Assembly (NCBI RefSeq): GCF_032444005.1
Contig: NC_091283.1
Coordinates: 415,648,001 to 415,712,000 of the forward strand
Reading direction: 5' to 3'
Origin: Ranitomeya imitator
Taxonomy: Eukaryota
Length of the DNA stretch: 64,000 nt
In this document: positions 32,346-44,899 of the stretch, piece by piece
Layout of the letters: each line of letters begins with the position of its first letter
Numbering within the stretch: the stretch's first letter is position 1
The notes under the pieces: model-generated
What the model was told of the DNA's origin: nothing
What the model saw: only the letters and a program-made list of their open reading frames with translations
The model's database searches: none
Made by a program: the position numbers and the translations under genes

Positions 32346-34106
32346 TTCACTATCTGATGGGATGGAGTTTGTGCCTGTTGTAAAAATATATAAAAAATTT
32401 CAAGCCCTTTTGGTCCTGGGGACAAATTTTCCCAGCTGAGTTCTTTGGAAACGCCATTGACTTTCGTAGTTCCTAATGGCTAATAACTTTTATACCCATG
32501 CCCACATACTCCCTGGGAGCCAGTGATTCAACTCTTACGCTAGTGCAGTCGTAATGTATAATATTTTATAATAACACAAGACCTCAAATGTTAAAAGGGT
32601 CCTCCAACACTACAATATTAGTCGCCGGTCCTTAGGAAAGTCCCATCAATATCAGGTCGGTAAGTGTTCAACGCAACGTTTAGTACCATTTATTAGAGGG
32701 GTTGTCCAGGCTTGGGGCTCTAGTCTGCAGTCACGCTATGTGAATTCAAACTTTGTTATCTGCACCGTGCGCGATGTCAGGATTCTCCAGCACCAAGAGT
32801 GGGCGGTCATTTGATTTGTATACTTCAGGCCACATGCTGACTAGACGTGTCTGGCCTTGCTCCATTCACTTGTATTGAGCAAGGCCACACACGTCTAGTC
32901 AGCGTGTGATCGCATACTTACCGGCACTGAAGAATCCTGACAGTGTGAACTCTGTGAGGATTCACACATCTGCAGTGAATGCAAACCTGACCCCCAAGCC
33001 TGGAAATTGCCTTAATGTTAGGTAAAAATGTATTTGTTCCCATTTCTCTAAGGTGTCTACCTATTTATCATTCTGTGCAGAAAACGCTATTTTGTGCTGT
33101 TGTTGATCAGTAACCGCAGCATAGTGACCGGTAAACAATAAGCTGTTGCTCCAAGGAGCCTTCAATCAGATGACTGGCAGGTTGTGGACAGTTGGACCCC
33201 CAGGACTAGAAAATCAGAAACTCTGCCATCCACCTACCACTGATTGTAAGTGAATGGAACTGAACTGGGTACTAAAGTACATTTGCTCCAAAAATTAAGA
33301 ACTTTTCAAAATGTCACAATTGAAACATCTGAAAATCTCAAATCCATAATGATAAACATGATAAAAAATTATAAAAGGTGCGAAAAATGCCAAAAACTGG
33401 ATCATAAAAAGTGCAAATGCAATAATGTCTCCGGTACTATTTTTATTTTTTTTAATAATCCCGCAGGAGCCTTTAATTTTACTATCATTACACAATTTGC
33501 AGCTTGTAAACCTCAACAATTCTCTCCACTGCCATAATAGCTTCCTGGCAGGTTACTGGTTAATAAGCCCATTGCTCCATGTTTATCTTCCGTCATACAG
33601 GAATGGTTTCCAGACCCCCAAGTCTCAAATCCCATAAGATTTCATGTAAAGCCGCGCTACCCCCCCCATAGATCTGCCCTTCCTGAGTAAATTATCTGCA
33701 AGGGATATAATGTAGAAATAAAAAAAAAAACCAAGCATTTGTGCATTGATTACATTGAAACGTAAGAAATGTAACCTAGGACATTTATGTTGTCCCCCTC
33801 CTCCTGTGTCAATCAAGGTTGTCTAGGGAAAAATAATAGCGGTCTTCCAAAAACAGCGCCACCCATGCCCACAGGTTGTATGTGGTATTGCAGAACCCAT
33901 TCACTTCCAATGTGCCGAGTATAGCATTCAGGACAGGTATGACATTTTCTACAAGAAAGCTGCCTTGTTTTTCTATAACCCTGGATATTTCTGACCACAT
34001 CGATTCCCAGATTCTGCTCCTAATTATCCCAAACTAGTAAGAGCGAATGGCTGGATCTCCCACAAGAAAGGGAGGGGATATGGAGGAGTCCAAAGTGGGC
34101 GAGGGC

Positions 34107-34112
34107 TATAAA
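34107..34112 (+). promoter_or_regulatory. TATA box of the unnamed secreted-protein gene
   Basis: GGGCTATAAACTGCGCGG lies ~80 nt upstream of a strong donor CAG|GTATGA at 34189/34190. Confidence 0.55.
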
Positions 34113-34134
34113 CTGCGCGGACTGGAGGAAGTCT

Positions 34135-34189
34135 GGAGGGACCAGGACCAGGGAAGGTGGAAGGACACGTGTGGGGAACAACGCAGCAG
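34135..34189 (+). other. Putative non-coding first exon of the unnamed gene (start approximate)
   Basis: Purine-rich segment ~25-30 nt after the TATA box, ending at CAG|GTATGA. It contains no ATG. Confidence 0.45.
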
Positions 34190-35795
34190 GTATGAGCACT
34201 AGATGGAGTTATGCTCCCAGTATGGACTGGCTTTACTCTCCGCAGCGTACTGGGAATCAGCTAAGGAATCCTTCATAACAGAAAAAAAAAGTTACATAAG
34301 AGTCCAGCTGTTTTTCCGATAAAGCATAGTGATGTAGCAGAGCTGAACACTTCATTAATAACCGTTATCACACTCTTAGCTCTGCTACATCTGTAACGTG
34401 GGAATTCTGCGCTGGTTCCCAGTATAGCATGATGTGACTGGAGAATAGAATTTTCTCCTGGTGTTAAGTATTATGTCCTAGTAGTCAGATCCTGTTGGGA
34501 GTCGTGGTGTTTTAGGTATAGATTGTATTTTGGTCATCTTTGGGGTTGTAGTGTTCGATGCATAGAATATTATAGAAATACATTAAGATCATGGTGAGTT
34601 CTCGGGTCCTGTTGGGAGTTGGAGTGTTTGTACGGATTATAATAGAGCTGTATTATGGTCATGTCCAGTGATCAGTACACATTACGGGTTGTAGCAGTCA
34701 ATCTATGCAGTATAATAGAACTACATTATGGTCATGTTGAGTGCTAGTTTTCGATGTACCGAATGTAATAGACTTGTATTATGGTCATGTTGGGGGTTGT
34801 AGTGTTCCCTGAGGAGGCTATAGCAGAATTGTATTAAGGGCATATTGGGGGTGGTAGTATACAATCTATGACCTATAATAGAATTGTATTAAGGTCATAT
34901 TGGGGGTTGTAGTATTCTATAAATTTGCATATTATAATAGTATTTCGCTCTTTTCTAGTGGTTGATCACGTTGGGGGTTGTAGTGTTCCCTGTATAGTTG
35001 GTAAGGATATTGAAGTCATGTCCAGTAGTTGGGCTGCCATTTTTGGAGGCGTTTCTTATGAACCTATACCTCCTGTCATGTGCGGTGGTGGTAACGAGAA
35101 GAACCAGCACAAGCAATGGGCTTCATCTTGTTTTCCATGCTCTGTCCTCCTCTCCTCTATTTACCCCCCGGGTCTTACGTCTTATAGTGTTACATAAGAA
35201 ACATACTAGTCTCATGACTTCATCTTATGTCCTAATTCTTGCCTCCTTAGGTTCTTGGGGAGGTATGTGTCCATCTGTTTATGAGAAATCATTCTGTACA
35301 TAGCGTGACTAGGAAAATGCAGGAAGGAGATTGAGAATGTTCTGAATGCTTTCATCATCCCGAGAACAGATGGGTTTTATCAGTTACGTTTCCCTCTCCA
35401 TCATACTCTCTCCATGCTCTTCAGGATCCACACAGGTGGATCTAGTCCATTCCTACTCAAGACTTTCAATAAAAGGGATAGACAAAAGCTGAAGGACAAC
35501 TATAAGTCCCAGGAAAACTTGACCTGGTTGACCTAGAAGTTGCACAGCTTTCTGAAACTTCACATAGTCATATCCTCCAAGACTCCCACCAGTCGTCTTT
35601 ACCAAGAAGATCTTCAAAAGCCAAGACCACGAATCTGGACACCATACTTTAGTACTTGTTCCAGAAGCGTTATTGGTCTAAGTGGTGAACCCACCATGAC
35701 CAAGTGATGCTCCTTCATCTACACCAAATGGTTTTAGGTCAGTCTACCAAATTATAATAACCTCTATTATTGTCCCTACAGTCTCAGGACCAACC

Positions 35796-35892
35796 ATGGA
35801 GAAGATCTTGCTATGTCTGTTGTTGATCTTCACAATAGGCTTGGCCTCTAAGCAAAAGCGAGAGCCATTAGAGTGGGACTACCGATCAGAAG
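35796..35892 (+). CDS. Unnamed secreted protein, coding exon 1 (MEKILLCLLLIFTIGLASKQKREPLEWDYRSE+A)
   Basis: Acceptor ccctacag| at 35781, Kozak CAACCATGG, hydrophobic signal peptide, and donor G|GTGAGA (phase 1). Confidence 0.88.
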
Positions 35893-37004
35893 GTGAGATG
35901 TGGGACTCCCACAGTGATTAGTGATGATGGGACTGTGGTGGGGGTCAGTCAGCAATGTAGGATGGAACACTCGGTGCTTGTTTTTAATTCATGGAAAATT
36001 GTTTCGGAGAAAGTTATCCCCTATACATAGAATGGGGGACCCCCAGCAATCCTGAGATTGAGGCTCTGCAGTCCAGACTTGAATGAAGCTGAGGTGCCAC
36101 CGCTCGGCCTCCGCTCCATTCATTGTCAATGGGACTGCCAGAAATGGTCGTGTACAGCGCTAGGCTTTCTCCAGCAGACACGTAGACAATGAAAAGTGCT
36201 GATGTCTCAGTTGCTGTTGGATCCCCAGAAATGAATAAATTAATGGAACATCATGACTGATCAGTCGGAGTGCCACGAGTTGGATTAATACAGATATTAT
36301 TAATGGCCTTTTCTGACTAAAAGTACCCATATGAATCCAATATCTGTTGGTTGAATGCTTGTTTAGTTGACAGATGTCCCTCCTGACACTGTGATATACA
36401 CATGAATGATCTGCTGGTCCAAGTGTGAATGTGTTCTTAACAGGGAGAAAGCCACTGCCAGACACTTGGTCGCTTGTGGCAAAAGGGTAGGGCATAAAAA
36501 TTTAACATGCCCAATACTTTCCTCTTTACTGATCTCTTCTGTCAAAGAAGAGTCATGAGGCCCTCATGCACATATGACTGATTGGCCGAAAATGGCAGGT
36601 TGGGCCAACCTCGTTCTTTAGGATAGGTCATTACCCATTCAGCAATTCCCTTATTTACCAGTGACGAGCAGAGACTACAGTCGGCCAGGCGTTTGCCGAG
36701 TACAGTAATTAGGGATCCTCATTTTGGAGGCTGGTAGAGTTCCAGTGATTGGACCACCATAGTGTACCCTAACTATACGGCATGGTGGAAATCCCCCCCT
36801 ACAGACACCACCTTTATAAATGCCCCATTAAGGCATGTTGACCTTTTATACCAGGCGCTCCGCCATGAAGATTTTTGCCAACTGGTGACAGCTACGACCT
36901 CCGTGTACACGTCGTCTACAATGTGATGCAGTCTCGTGTGATGTGGGTTGCTGTTTTTAGTTCTGGGCATAGAACAGAAGTTTCTCACTTCTTTGATTCC
37001 ACAG

Positions 37005-37134
37005 CGGAGAAAGTGAACATGCGAGGGTGCGCTAATCTAACCAATGTGTTGGACAACTGGAAATTTGCCATCCTGACACAGTTCAGAAACCTTCTTTTGT
37101 ATGATCATCACACTGTACTGCCGGACTATGGGAG
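37005..37134 (+). CDS. Unnamed secreted protein, coding exon 2 (EKVNMRGCANLTNVLDNWKFAILTQFRNLLLYDHHTVLPDYG+R)
   Basis: Bounded by ttccacag| and AG|GTGAGA. The 130 nt are phase 1/2, compatible with both neighbouring exons. Confidence 0.88.
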
Positions 37135-37569
37135 GTGAGAATCTCCGAGCCTACAGTTCTTCACGTCTACATCATCCGCTTAGTGTGGAGCTTTGTTTTT
37201 TATTGTGCAGTCCTTTGTCTCTGGCTGGGAGGAAGCTAGCTGTATCAGAAACCACCTTCCATTCCACTAGCTACAATGGAGACTAGAAAGATTATGGTCG
37301 TAGAGATGAGCAAATCTTTTGAAATTCAAATTTGCCAGATTCATCAAGTTTTCCCCCAAAAATATGATTTACCGTAAATTAACTCACTGAAATTTGCGGT
37401 TAGAAGACCTGTAACAGCGAGGTCTCCTATGACTGTAATCAATACTTTTCAAGCTCTTTACTGCAAACTTAAGGATTGCTGAGTGACCTCAACATTTATG
37501 GTTATGAATAAACTTTTGCACTGCAGTCCTGTTTTGCACATTATTTCTAATGTTTATGCAGTGTTTTAA

Positions 37570-38647
37570 CCCCTTAGCGACCGAGCCAATTTTGACCTTA
37601 ATGACCAAGCTCTGGTTATAGAGGTTATAGCTCTGAAATGCTTCAACGGATCCCACTGATTCTGAGATTTTTTTTCGTGACATAGTTTACTTCATGATAG
37701 TGGTACAATTTCTTTGATGTGACTTGCGTTTATTTATGAAAAAAAACCCCTGAAATTTGACAAATTTAGAAAATTTAGCAAGTTTCAAACTTTTAATTTT
37801 TATGCCCTTAAATCTGAGAGTTATATCACACAAAATAGTTAATAAATAACATTTCCCACATGTCGGCACAATTTTGTAAACCAAATTTTTTTTCTTGTTA
37901 GGACATTATAAGGGTTAAAAGTTAACCAGCAATTTCTAATTCTTCCAACATTTACAAAACCATTTTTTTAGGGACCACCTCACATTTGAAGTCCCTTTGA
38001 AGGGTCTATATGACAGAAGATACCCAAAAGTGACACCACTGTAAAAACTGCACCCTTCAAGGTGTGTAAAACCACATTTAAGAAGTTTATTAACCCTTCA
38101 TGTGCTTCACGAGAACTAAAGCAGTGTAGAAGGAAAAAAAGTAACATTCAACTTTTTTCACAAAAAATTTACGTTAGACCCAAACTTTTTTATTTTCACA
38201 AGGGTATCAGGAGAAAATGGACCACAAAATTTGTTGTGCAATTTCTCCTGAGTATGCAGATACCCCGTATGTGGGGGGAAAGCCACTGTTTGGGCACATG
38301 GCAGGGCTCAGAAGGGAGGGAGCACCGTTTGACTTTTTGAATTCAAAATTGGCTGGAATCAATGGCGGGTGTCATGTTTCATTTGGAGACCCCCTGATGT
38401 ACCTAAACAGTGGAAACCCCCCAATTCTAACTCCAACCCTAACACAGCCCTAACACCAACCACAGCCCTAACCCCAAAGAATGGAAAAAAATACATTTTT
38501 TTTATTTTATTATTTTTGCTTAACTAAAGGGGTGACAATGGGGGGGGGGGGTCTGATTTAGGGTTAGAAAAGCATTAAAAAGTGGCGCTGAGGAATAAGA
38601 CCCCTTAACTGCCACCGCTAATAGACGTATCGGTGGTCGTTAAGGGG
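37570..38647 (+). mobile_element. piggyBac-like non-autonomous element (internally deleted relative of the element starting at 60081)
   Basis: TTAA|CCCCTTAGCGACC ... GTCGTTAAGGGG|TTAA. Short CCCTAA-like run at ~38430-38475. Confidence 0.82.
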
Positions 38648-39069
38648 TTAAAGCTTTCTTATCTCGATTGCTAAGTGTTAGAAAAAATGACACTTCCTTA
38701 CTTTTTCAAGTAAGAGCACGGTGAGGATAGAAAGGAAAGCAATATTGAATTGTGGGGATAAAACAACTCTTGTTTAATGTTCGTTCAAAAAATGATTACA
38801 AAAATGAAGAAAAGTAAGTTCATAGCACACAAAATTTAGTATTCTAGAAGAGAAACCAAGCATTCATTGGTCTTACATATGGTCTTGAAGCATGATGTGG
38901 TCTGTGTTGGAGATTCCCAAAGTATGAGAGATCTGACTGAACAGGAGTTGGGTCTGCTTATATACTATTTTCACCCATAGACTTACGGTACATTGGTTTC
39001 TATTTTTCCTATCTCATAACCACATATGGCGATCTGCCGCTATGTTCATAGTCTGTACCATAGTTACTG

Positions 39070-39995
39070 ATGCCGGCCTGCTGTGAGCGCCACCCTGTGG
39101 TCGGCGCTCATAGCAGGCCTGCAATTAAGCTACATAGCAGCGATCTGATGATCGCTGCTATGTAGCAGAGCCGATCGAGTGGTGCCAGCTTCTAGCCTCC
39201 CATAAAGGCTATTGAAGCATGGCAAAAGTAAAAAAAAAATGTTTTTAAAAATATGAAAAAAAAAAAAAAATAAAATAAAAGTTTAAATCGCCCCCCTTTC
39301 GCCCCATCCAAAATAAAATATTAAAAAAAAAATCAAACCTACACATATTTGGTATCACCGCGTTCTGAATCGCCTGATCTATCAATGCAAAAAAAGCATT
39401 AACCTGATCGCTAAACAGCGTAGCGAGAAAAACATTAGAAACGCCAGAATTACGCTTTTTTTGCATTAAAATGCAATAACGGGTGATCAAAAGAACATGT
39501 CTGCACAAAAGTGGCATCATTAAAAATGTCAACTCGGCACGCAAAAAATAAGCCCTCACCCGACCCCAGATCACGAAAAATGGAGACGCTACGGGTATCG
39601 GAAAATAGCGCTTTTTTTTTTTTTCTTTAAAGCAAAGTTTTGAATTTTTTTTACCACTTAGATAAAATATAACCTGGACATGTTTGGTGTCTATGAACTC
39701 GTAATGACCTGGAGAATCATAATATCAGGTCAGTTTTAACATTTAATGAATCTAGCAAAAAAGCCAAGCAAAAAACAAGTGTGGGATTGCACTTTTTTTG
39801 CAATTTCACCACACTTGGAATTTTTTTCCCGTTTTCTAGTACAAGACATGGTAAAACCAATGGTGTCATTCAAAAGTACAACTCGTCCCGCAAAAAATAA
39901 GCCCTCACATGGCCAAATTGACTGAAAAATAAAAAAAGTTATGGCTCTGGGAAGGAGGGGAGCGGAAAACGAAAAAGGGCCATGGCATGAAGGGG
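39070..39995 (+). mobile_element. Partial copy of the 8031-9293 piggyBac-like family
   Basis: Shares GCTGTGAGCGCCACCCTGTGGTCGGCGCTC and downstream sequence. Ends CATGAAGGGG|TTAA. Confidence 0.75.
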
Positions 39996-40209
39996 TTAAA
40001 GAGCCATTTATTATCTCCAAATAGCCACATATTGACAGTTCTGACAAGAGCCCTATAGTTATGACAAACGGAGAACAGATGTATCTAGCAAGATTCTCAA
40101 AATGGCTCAATCGCACACTAACCAGAATCTCTGCTTGCTTGTTAGACTCTGCATGTATTATGTAATCTTCTATATCTTTTATTATTGTTATATTAATATT
40201 TTACACTAA

Positions 40210-40670
40210 GCAGTGATGTCCTCTCACTATCCAGACTCGCTATATAGCTGCTGCATTCCCTGCCTCTGATTTTATACAGGCTATGATAGTCCCTCTTGAT
40301 TGGCTGGGCTATACAGTGTCCTTTCACACACACATCTGTACTGTTTTATTCAGTTTTTCAAAACTCCCTCATCACTATTGCTAAGCTGTGATGTCCTATC
40401 ACTGTCCAGACTCACTATATCGCGGCTGATGCATTCCCTGCCTCTGCTTTAATACAGGCTATGCTTGATTGGTTGGGCTATACAATGTCCTTTCACACAC
40501 ACTATCTGTACTGTCTATTCAGTGTTTTAAAGCTTCCTTATCTCTATTGCTTGTGACATCCTTCCACTATCCAGGCTCGCTATATAACAGCTGCTGCATT
40601 CCCTGCCTATGATTTTATACAGGCTATGATAGGCCTCCTTGTTTGGTTGTGCTATACTATGTGATGTGAT
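40210..40670 (+). repeat. Three diverged ~170-bp tandem copies
   Basis: The block CACTATCCAGACTCGCTATAT...GCATTCCCTGCCT...ATACAGGCTATG recurs at ~40223, ~40400 and ~40566. Confidence 0.75.
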
Positions 40671-41231
40671 GGCTGCTAGGCATTATGGAGAAGCCTGTAC
40701 GGATATACCTAACCTCATCTGAGTCTTCTCTGCCTCATGCAATCTTCTGCTTTGTGTAAAATAGTGTTGGCCATTTTTTGGGGATATTCCAGGAATTGAA
40801 TAACAAATTGTTTGAATTCTTTAGGTTCAGCAAATTTACCCAATATTTGACACCAATCGACTTGCTCATCTCTGTAAGATCTGATCCTTCAGTTAGGCCT
40901 CCACCAAATAAGATAGGCCCCCCAGTTTGACTTCTACCATATTGATTGTTTCAAGCGCTTTCTAAATTGAACATGCCACTAGTAAAGCACCAAAGAGAAC
41001 ACAGTAACCTTTTTGGCTGGGTTTCTCCTTTTAAATGGCTTAAAAATAAATCAAATGTACCAGACCCAGAACCCTGTCCACAGTAGTGCCAGCCAGCCAA
41101 TGCCACTGAGAACCATTCAGAGCAGCCTCAGGGGTCCATGCACTCATAAGTTGGGCGCCTCTACTTTACTTTATGGATTTTGTGAAATTCGTAACCAATA
41201 ATTAATCATTTTGCCCTTCTCTTCCTTTTAG

Positions 41232-41475
41232 AATCAAGTCACTTTCCGAAGCTCTTGACGACTTGTATAAAGAGTTTAACGCTTTGAAGGAACGTCTCGG
41301 AGAGCTCACTACTAAATTTGATGGCGTGGAAGCCTTTGTGGACCAGATGAATGCTGGTCGGCACATGCCCCCTGCCAGGCCACCTTCAGCAGTTGAAGAC
41401 TCGTACTCTGTGCCAAGCCAAAGTGGTCAAACACGAAGAGTGAAAAAAGTTAAAGCACCTGTTAATCGGGTATAA
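41232..41475 (+). CDS. Unnamed secreted protein, last coding exon (IKSLSEALDDLYKEFNALKERLGELTTKFDGVEAFVDQMNAGRHMPPARPPSAVEDSYSVPSQSGQTRRVKKVKAPVNRV*)
   Basis: Polypyrimidine acceptor cttccttttag|A. Phase 2 joins AG+A = Arg. The frame is open to TAA at 41475 and shows a heptad pattern. Confidence 0.88.
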
Positions 41476-41632
41476 AACAAGTGATGGGGGATTGGAATTG
41501 GGAATGGCATGGTGCGATTGCTGTTGAGCTGTGTTTCTCCTTCTCTGCTCCTACCTGACAGTGGCGATGAATACAATGCTTAACAATCATAGTCTTCTGG
41601 ATGTCAGGCAGTGAGCCCCTAGCAGATTTTAA

Positions 41633-42020
41633 AGGGGATCTGTCACTTAAATATGTAACATTTTGTTCCTATCTTGTGTAAATGCCACTGTTCTCCTGAA
41701 TCCGGCATTGTTTCCCTTTTGTTTCTGCGCCTCCATTCCAGGGATATGGCTTCTTCTTCTCAGTAATTAAATCTATGTTTTTATACAAGTAGGTGTGGTC
41801 CTCAAGTAGACTCAATAGAGAAAATTACATCCTCTTAGCAAAAAAAAAAAAAAAGGCAAAAAAAAAACCCCCACAAGATCTTCATACCGGAAAGAAAGGA
41901 TCATATCTCAGGAACGGAGAGATGCAGAGACAAAAAAAAAAAACGTGCCAGATTTGGGAGAACAGCGGCATTTACACCAGGTATAAAAATTACATATTTA
42001 TAAAGAGTGATAGGTCCTCT
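41633..42020. mobile_element. Kolobok/T2-type MITE in the 3' region of the unnamed gene
   Basis: TTAA|AGGGGATCTGTCAC ... GTGATAGGTCCTCT|TTAA. Confidence 0.7.
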
Positions 42021-42454
42021 TTAAAGGAGAATTGACACTGAAATGAGGGCATAGAAGGACCAACAAGGCTTGGTAGGATATAAATCAGGTCTACCCGTGT
42101 CTCTTACTGCCATATTACCCTATGCAGTATTAATATTACCCTATATTACTGCATTTACCTGGATAATGCATATTCTTGTTGTACAATATAATCCTCTGTT
42201 GGGCAAGCCTTCTGTGATTGGGCCACTAGGGAGAGAGGGCGCAGTAGGAGAGTTCATACTGTCTATCTGGGACTCCTGTGTGTTCATTTTCTCTGTAGAG
42301 CGATATATGGAGTGAAGGGTAACCCCCAGCATTGTTTAGAGGACCGATACCTCTAAACAATGTTGAGTGGTCCCCTTTAATTATGACTTCCTGATCAGTG
42401 AGGTCACTTTCTGGTTTTATATTACAAACTCCTGTAACAGGTACACAGTTTTAT

Positions 42455-42460
42455 AATAAA
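42455..42460 (+). terminator. Candidate poly(A) signal of the unnamed gene
   Basis: AATAAA ~1 kb after the stop codon. Confidence 0.35.
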
Positions 42461-42699
42461 TATATTCTACACATGTGTCTGCTGCACTTGAATTTCAAAT
42501 CCGTTTTCATCTACATATTACTTGTCCATGAGTTTCTGCATTTTGACATTCTTCAATTAGTCCTGCTGGAAATATATGGCCCCTAGGGAGAAGGAAGACG
42601 AGTACAGTGTGTTTTTGTAATTTTAAAATAACTTTTAGCTGGGAATATTCATTTACTGAACGGGAACAATCTCTTTAATATAACACCGCCATGTATTGA

Positions 42700-44345
42700 A
42701 CAAAAAATAGAGCCATACTTTGTTCATGTACTGCTGCTACATAGTGAACAAAAAGTAGAGCCATACTGTGTTCATATAATACTTCCACATAGTGATAAAA
42801 TAATAGAGCCATACTTTGTTCATATACTACTGCCACAGTGATCAAGTAATAGAGCCATATTGTGTTCATATACTACTGCCACATAATGATCTAGTAATAG
42901 AGCCATACTGTGTTCATATAATTCTGCCACATAGTGATCAAATAATAGAGCCATACTGTGTTAATATACTACTGCCACATAGTGATCAAGTAATAGAGCC
43001 ATACTGTGTTCATATACTACTGCCACATAGTGATCAAGTAATAGAGCCATACTGTGTTCATATACTACTGCCACATAGTGATCAAATAAGAGCCATACTG
43101 TGTTCATATACTACTGCCACAGTGATCAAGTAATAGAGCCATACTGTGTTCATATACTACTGCCACTTAGTGATCAAATAAGAGCCATACTGTGTTCATA
43201 TACTACTACCACAGTGATCAAGTAATAGAGCCATACTGTGTTCATATACTACTGCCACATAGTGATCAAATAAGAGCCATACTGTGTTCATATACTACTG
43301 CCACAGTGATCAAGTAATAGAGCCATACTGTGTTCATATACTACTGCCACATAGTGATCAAATAAGAGCCATACTGTGTTCATATACTACTACCACAGTG
43401 ATCAAGTAATAGAGCCATACTGTGTTCATATACTACTGCCACATAGTGATCAAATAATAGAGCCATACTGTGTTCATATACTACTGACACATAGTGATCA
43501 AATAACAGCCATACTGTGTTCATATACTACTGCCACAGTGATCAAGTAATAGAGCCATACTGTGTTCATATACTACTGCCACATAGTGATCAAGTAATAG
43601 AGCCATACTGTGTTCATATACTACTGCCACATAGTGATCAAATAAGAGCCATACTGTGTTCATATACTACTGCCACAGTGATCAAGTAATAGAGCCATAC
43701 TGTGTTCATATACTACTACCACATAGTGATCAAATAAGAGCCATACTGTGGTCATATACTACTGCCACAGTGATCAAGTAATAGAGCCATACTGTGTTCA
43801 TATACTACTGCCACATAGTGATCAAATAATAGAGCCATACTGTGTTCATATACTACTGCCACAGTGATCAAGTAAGTCATACTGTGTTTATATACTACTG
43901 CCACAGTGATCAAATAATAGAGCCATACTGTGTTCATATACTACTGCCACACAGTGATCAAGTAATAGAGCTATACTGTGTTCATATAATACTGCCACAG
44001 TGATTAATAGAGCCATACTGTGTTTATATACTACTGCCACATAGTGATCAAATAATAGAGCCATACTGTGTTCATATACTACTGCCACACAGTGATCAAG
44101 TAATAGAGCCATACTGTGTTCATATACTACTGTCACAGTGATCAAGTAATAGAGCCATACTGTGTTCATATACTACTGCCACATAGTGATCAAATAATAG
44201 AGCCATACTGTGTTCATATAATACTGCCACAGTGATCAAGTAATAGAACCATACTGTGTTTATATACTACTGCCACATAGTGATCAAATAATAGAGCCAT
44301 ACTGTGTGCGTATAATATTGCCATGCATTGATCAAATAATAGAAC
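42700..44345 (+). repeat. ~45-48-bp minisatellite, ~35 copies
   Basis: Unit AGAGCCATACTGTGTTCATATACTACTGCCAC(AT)AGTGATCAA(G/A)TA(AT). Confidence 0.93.
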
Positions 44346-44899
44346 CTTACTGTATTAAAGGGGTTTTTCCCTTTCAGTAAATAAATATCACCAGTCCACT
44401 GGGGAGTCTCGTCACTGCTTCCGCTGTCTGGCATTGGCTGTGGCGGTGACGTCGCGTTGACAGCCAATCACTGAGCTGATCAGCTCTGAAGGGAGCACTG
44501 TCTACATGCTACTGAGCTCACTTCCTAGCTGTCGTCAACACCACAGGTAATGCCAGCAACCGGAAGTAATGGCGGAGACTCAGTGCTGGACCTAGGGAAA
44601 GTGAGTACAGTGCTGTTTTTTTTTTAAAGTATAATAACCTACAGTCCGAGACATTCATTTACTGACAGAGAACAACCCTTCCAACATAAGTCACATAATG
44701 ATGGATTTAGAGAACAATGCTATGTTCATATAATACCACCATATACTGATCAAATCATAGAACCATATTGTGCTCACATAATGTCCCGACATGAAAGACA
44801 GGTCAAGTGAATGGTTTATATCTCATGCCAATGGCACCCGAGCAACTGTGACCAGGACCAAATTGTGATGACTGGGTGAGGCTATCTCCAAAACAGCAG

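Noticed and set aside
35425-35781. Extra 5' exon or a 3-codon uORF (CCACCATGACCAAGTGA, 35696-35707) of the unnamed gene
   Set aside because: The acceptor at ~35424 is plausible, but the donor at 35738 would leave a 44-nt intron. It cannot be supported without transcript data.
37301-40873. Single hAT element spanning TAGAGATGAGCAA to TTGCTCATCTCTG
   Set aside because: The ends are TIR-like, but the flanking 8-mers (TATGGTCG vs TAAGATCT) do not match, so they cannot be assigned to one insertion.
42700-44345. CRISPR-like regular repeats (also 20520-21125 and 25381-26110)
   Set aside because: These are head-to-tail units without unique spacers, in a eukaryotic context with no cas genes.
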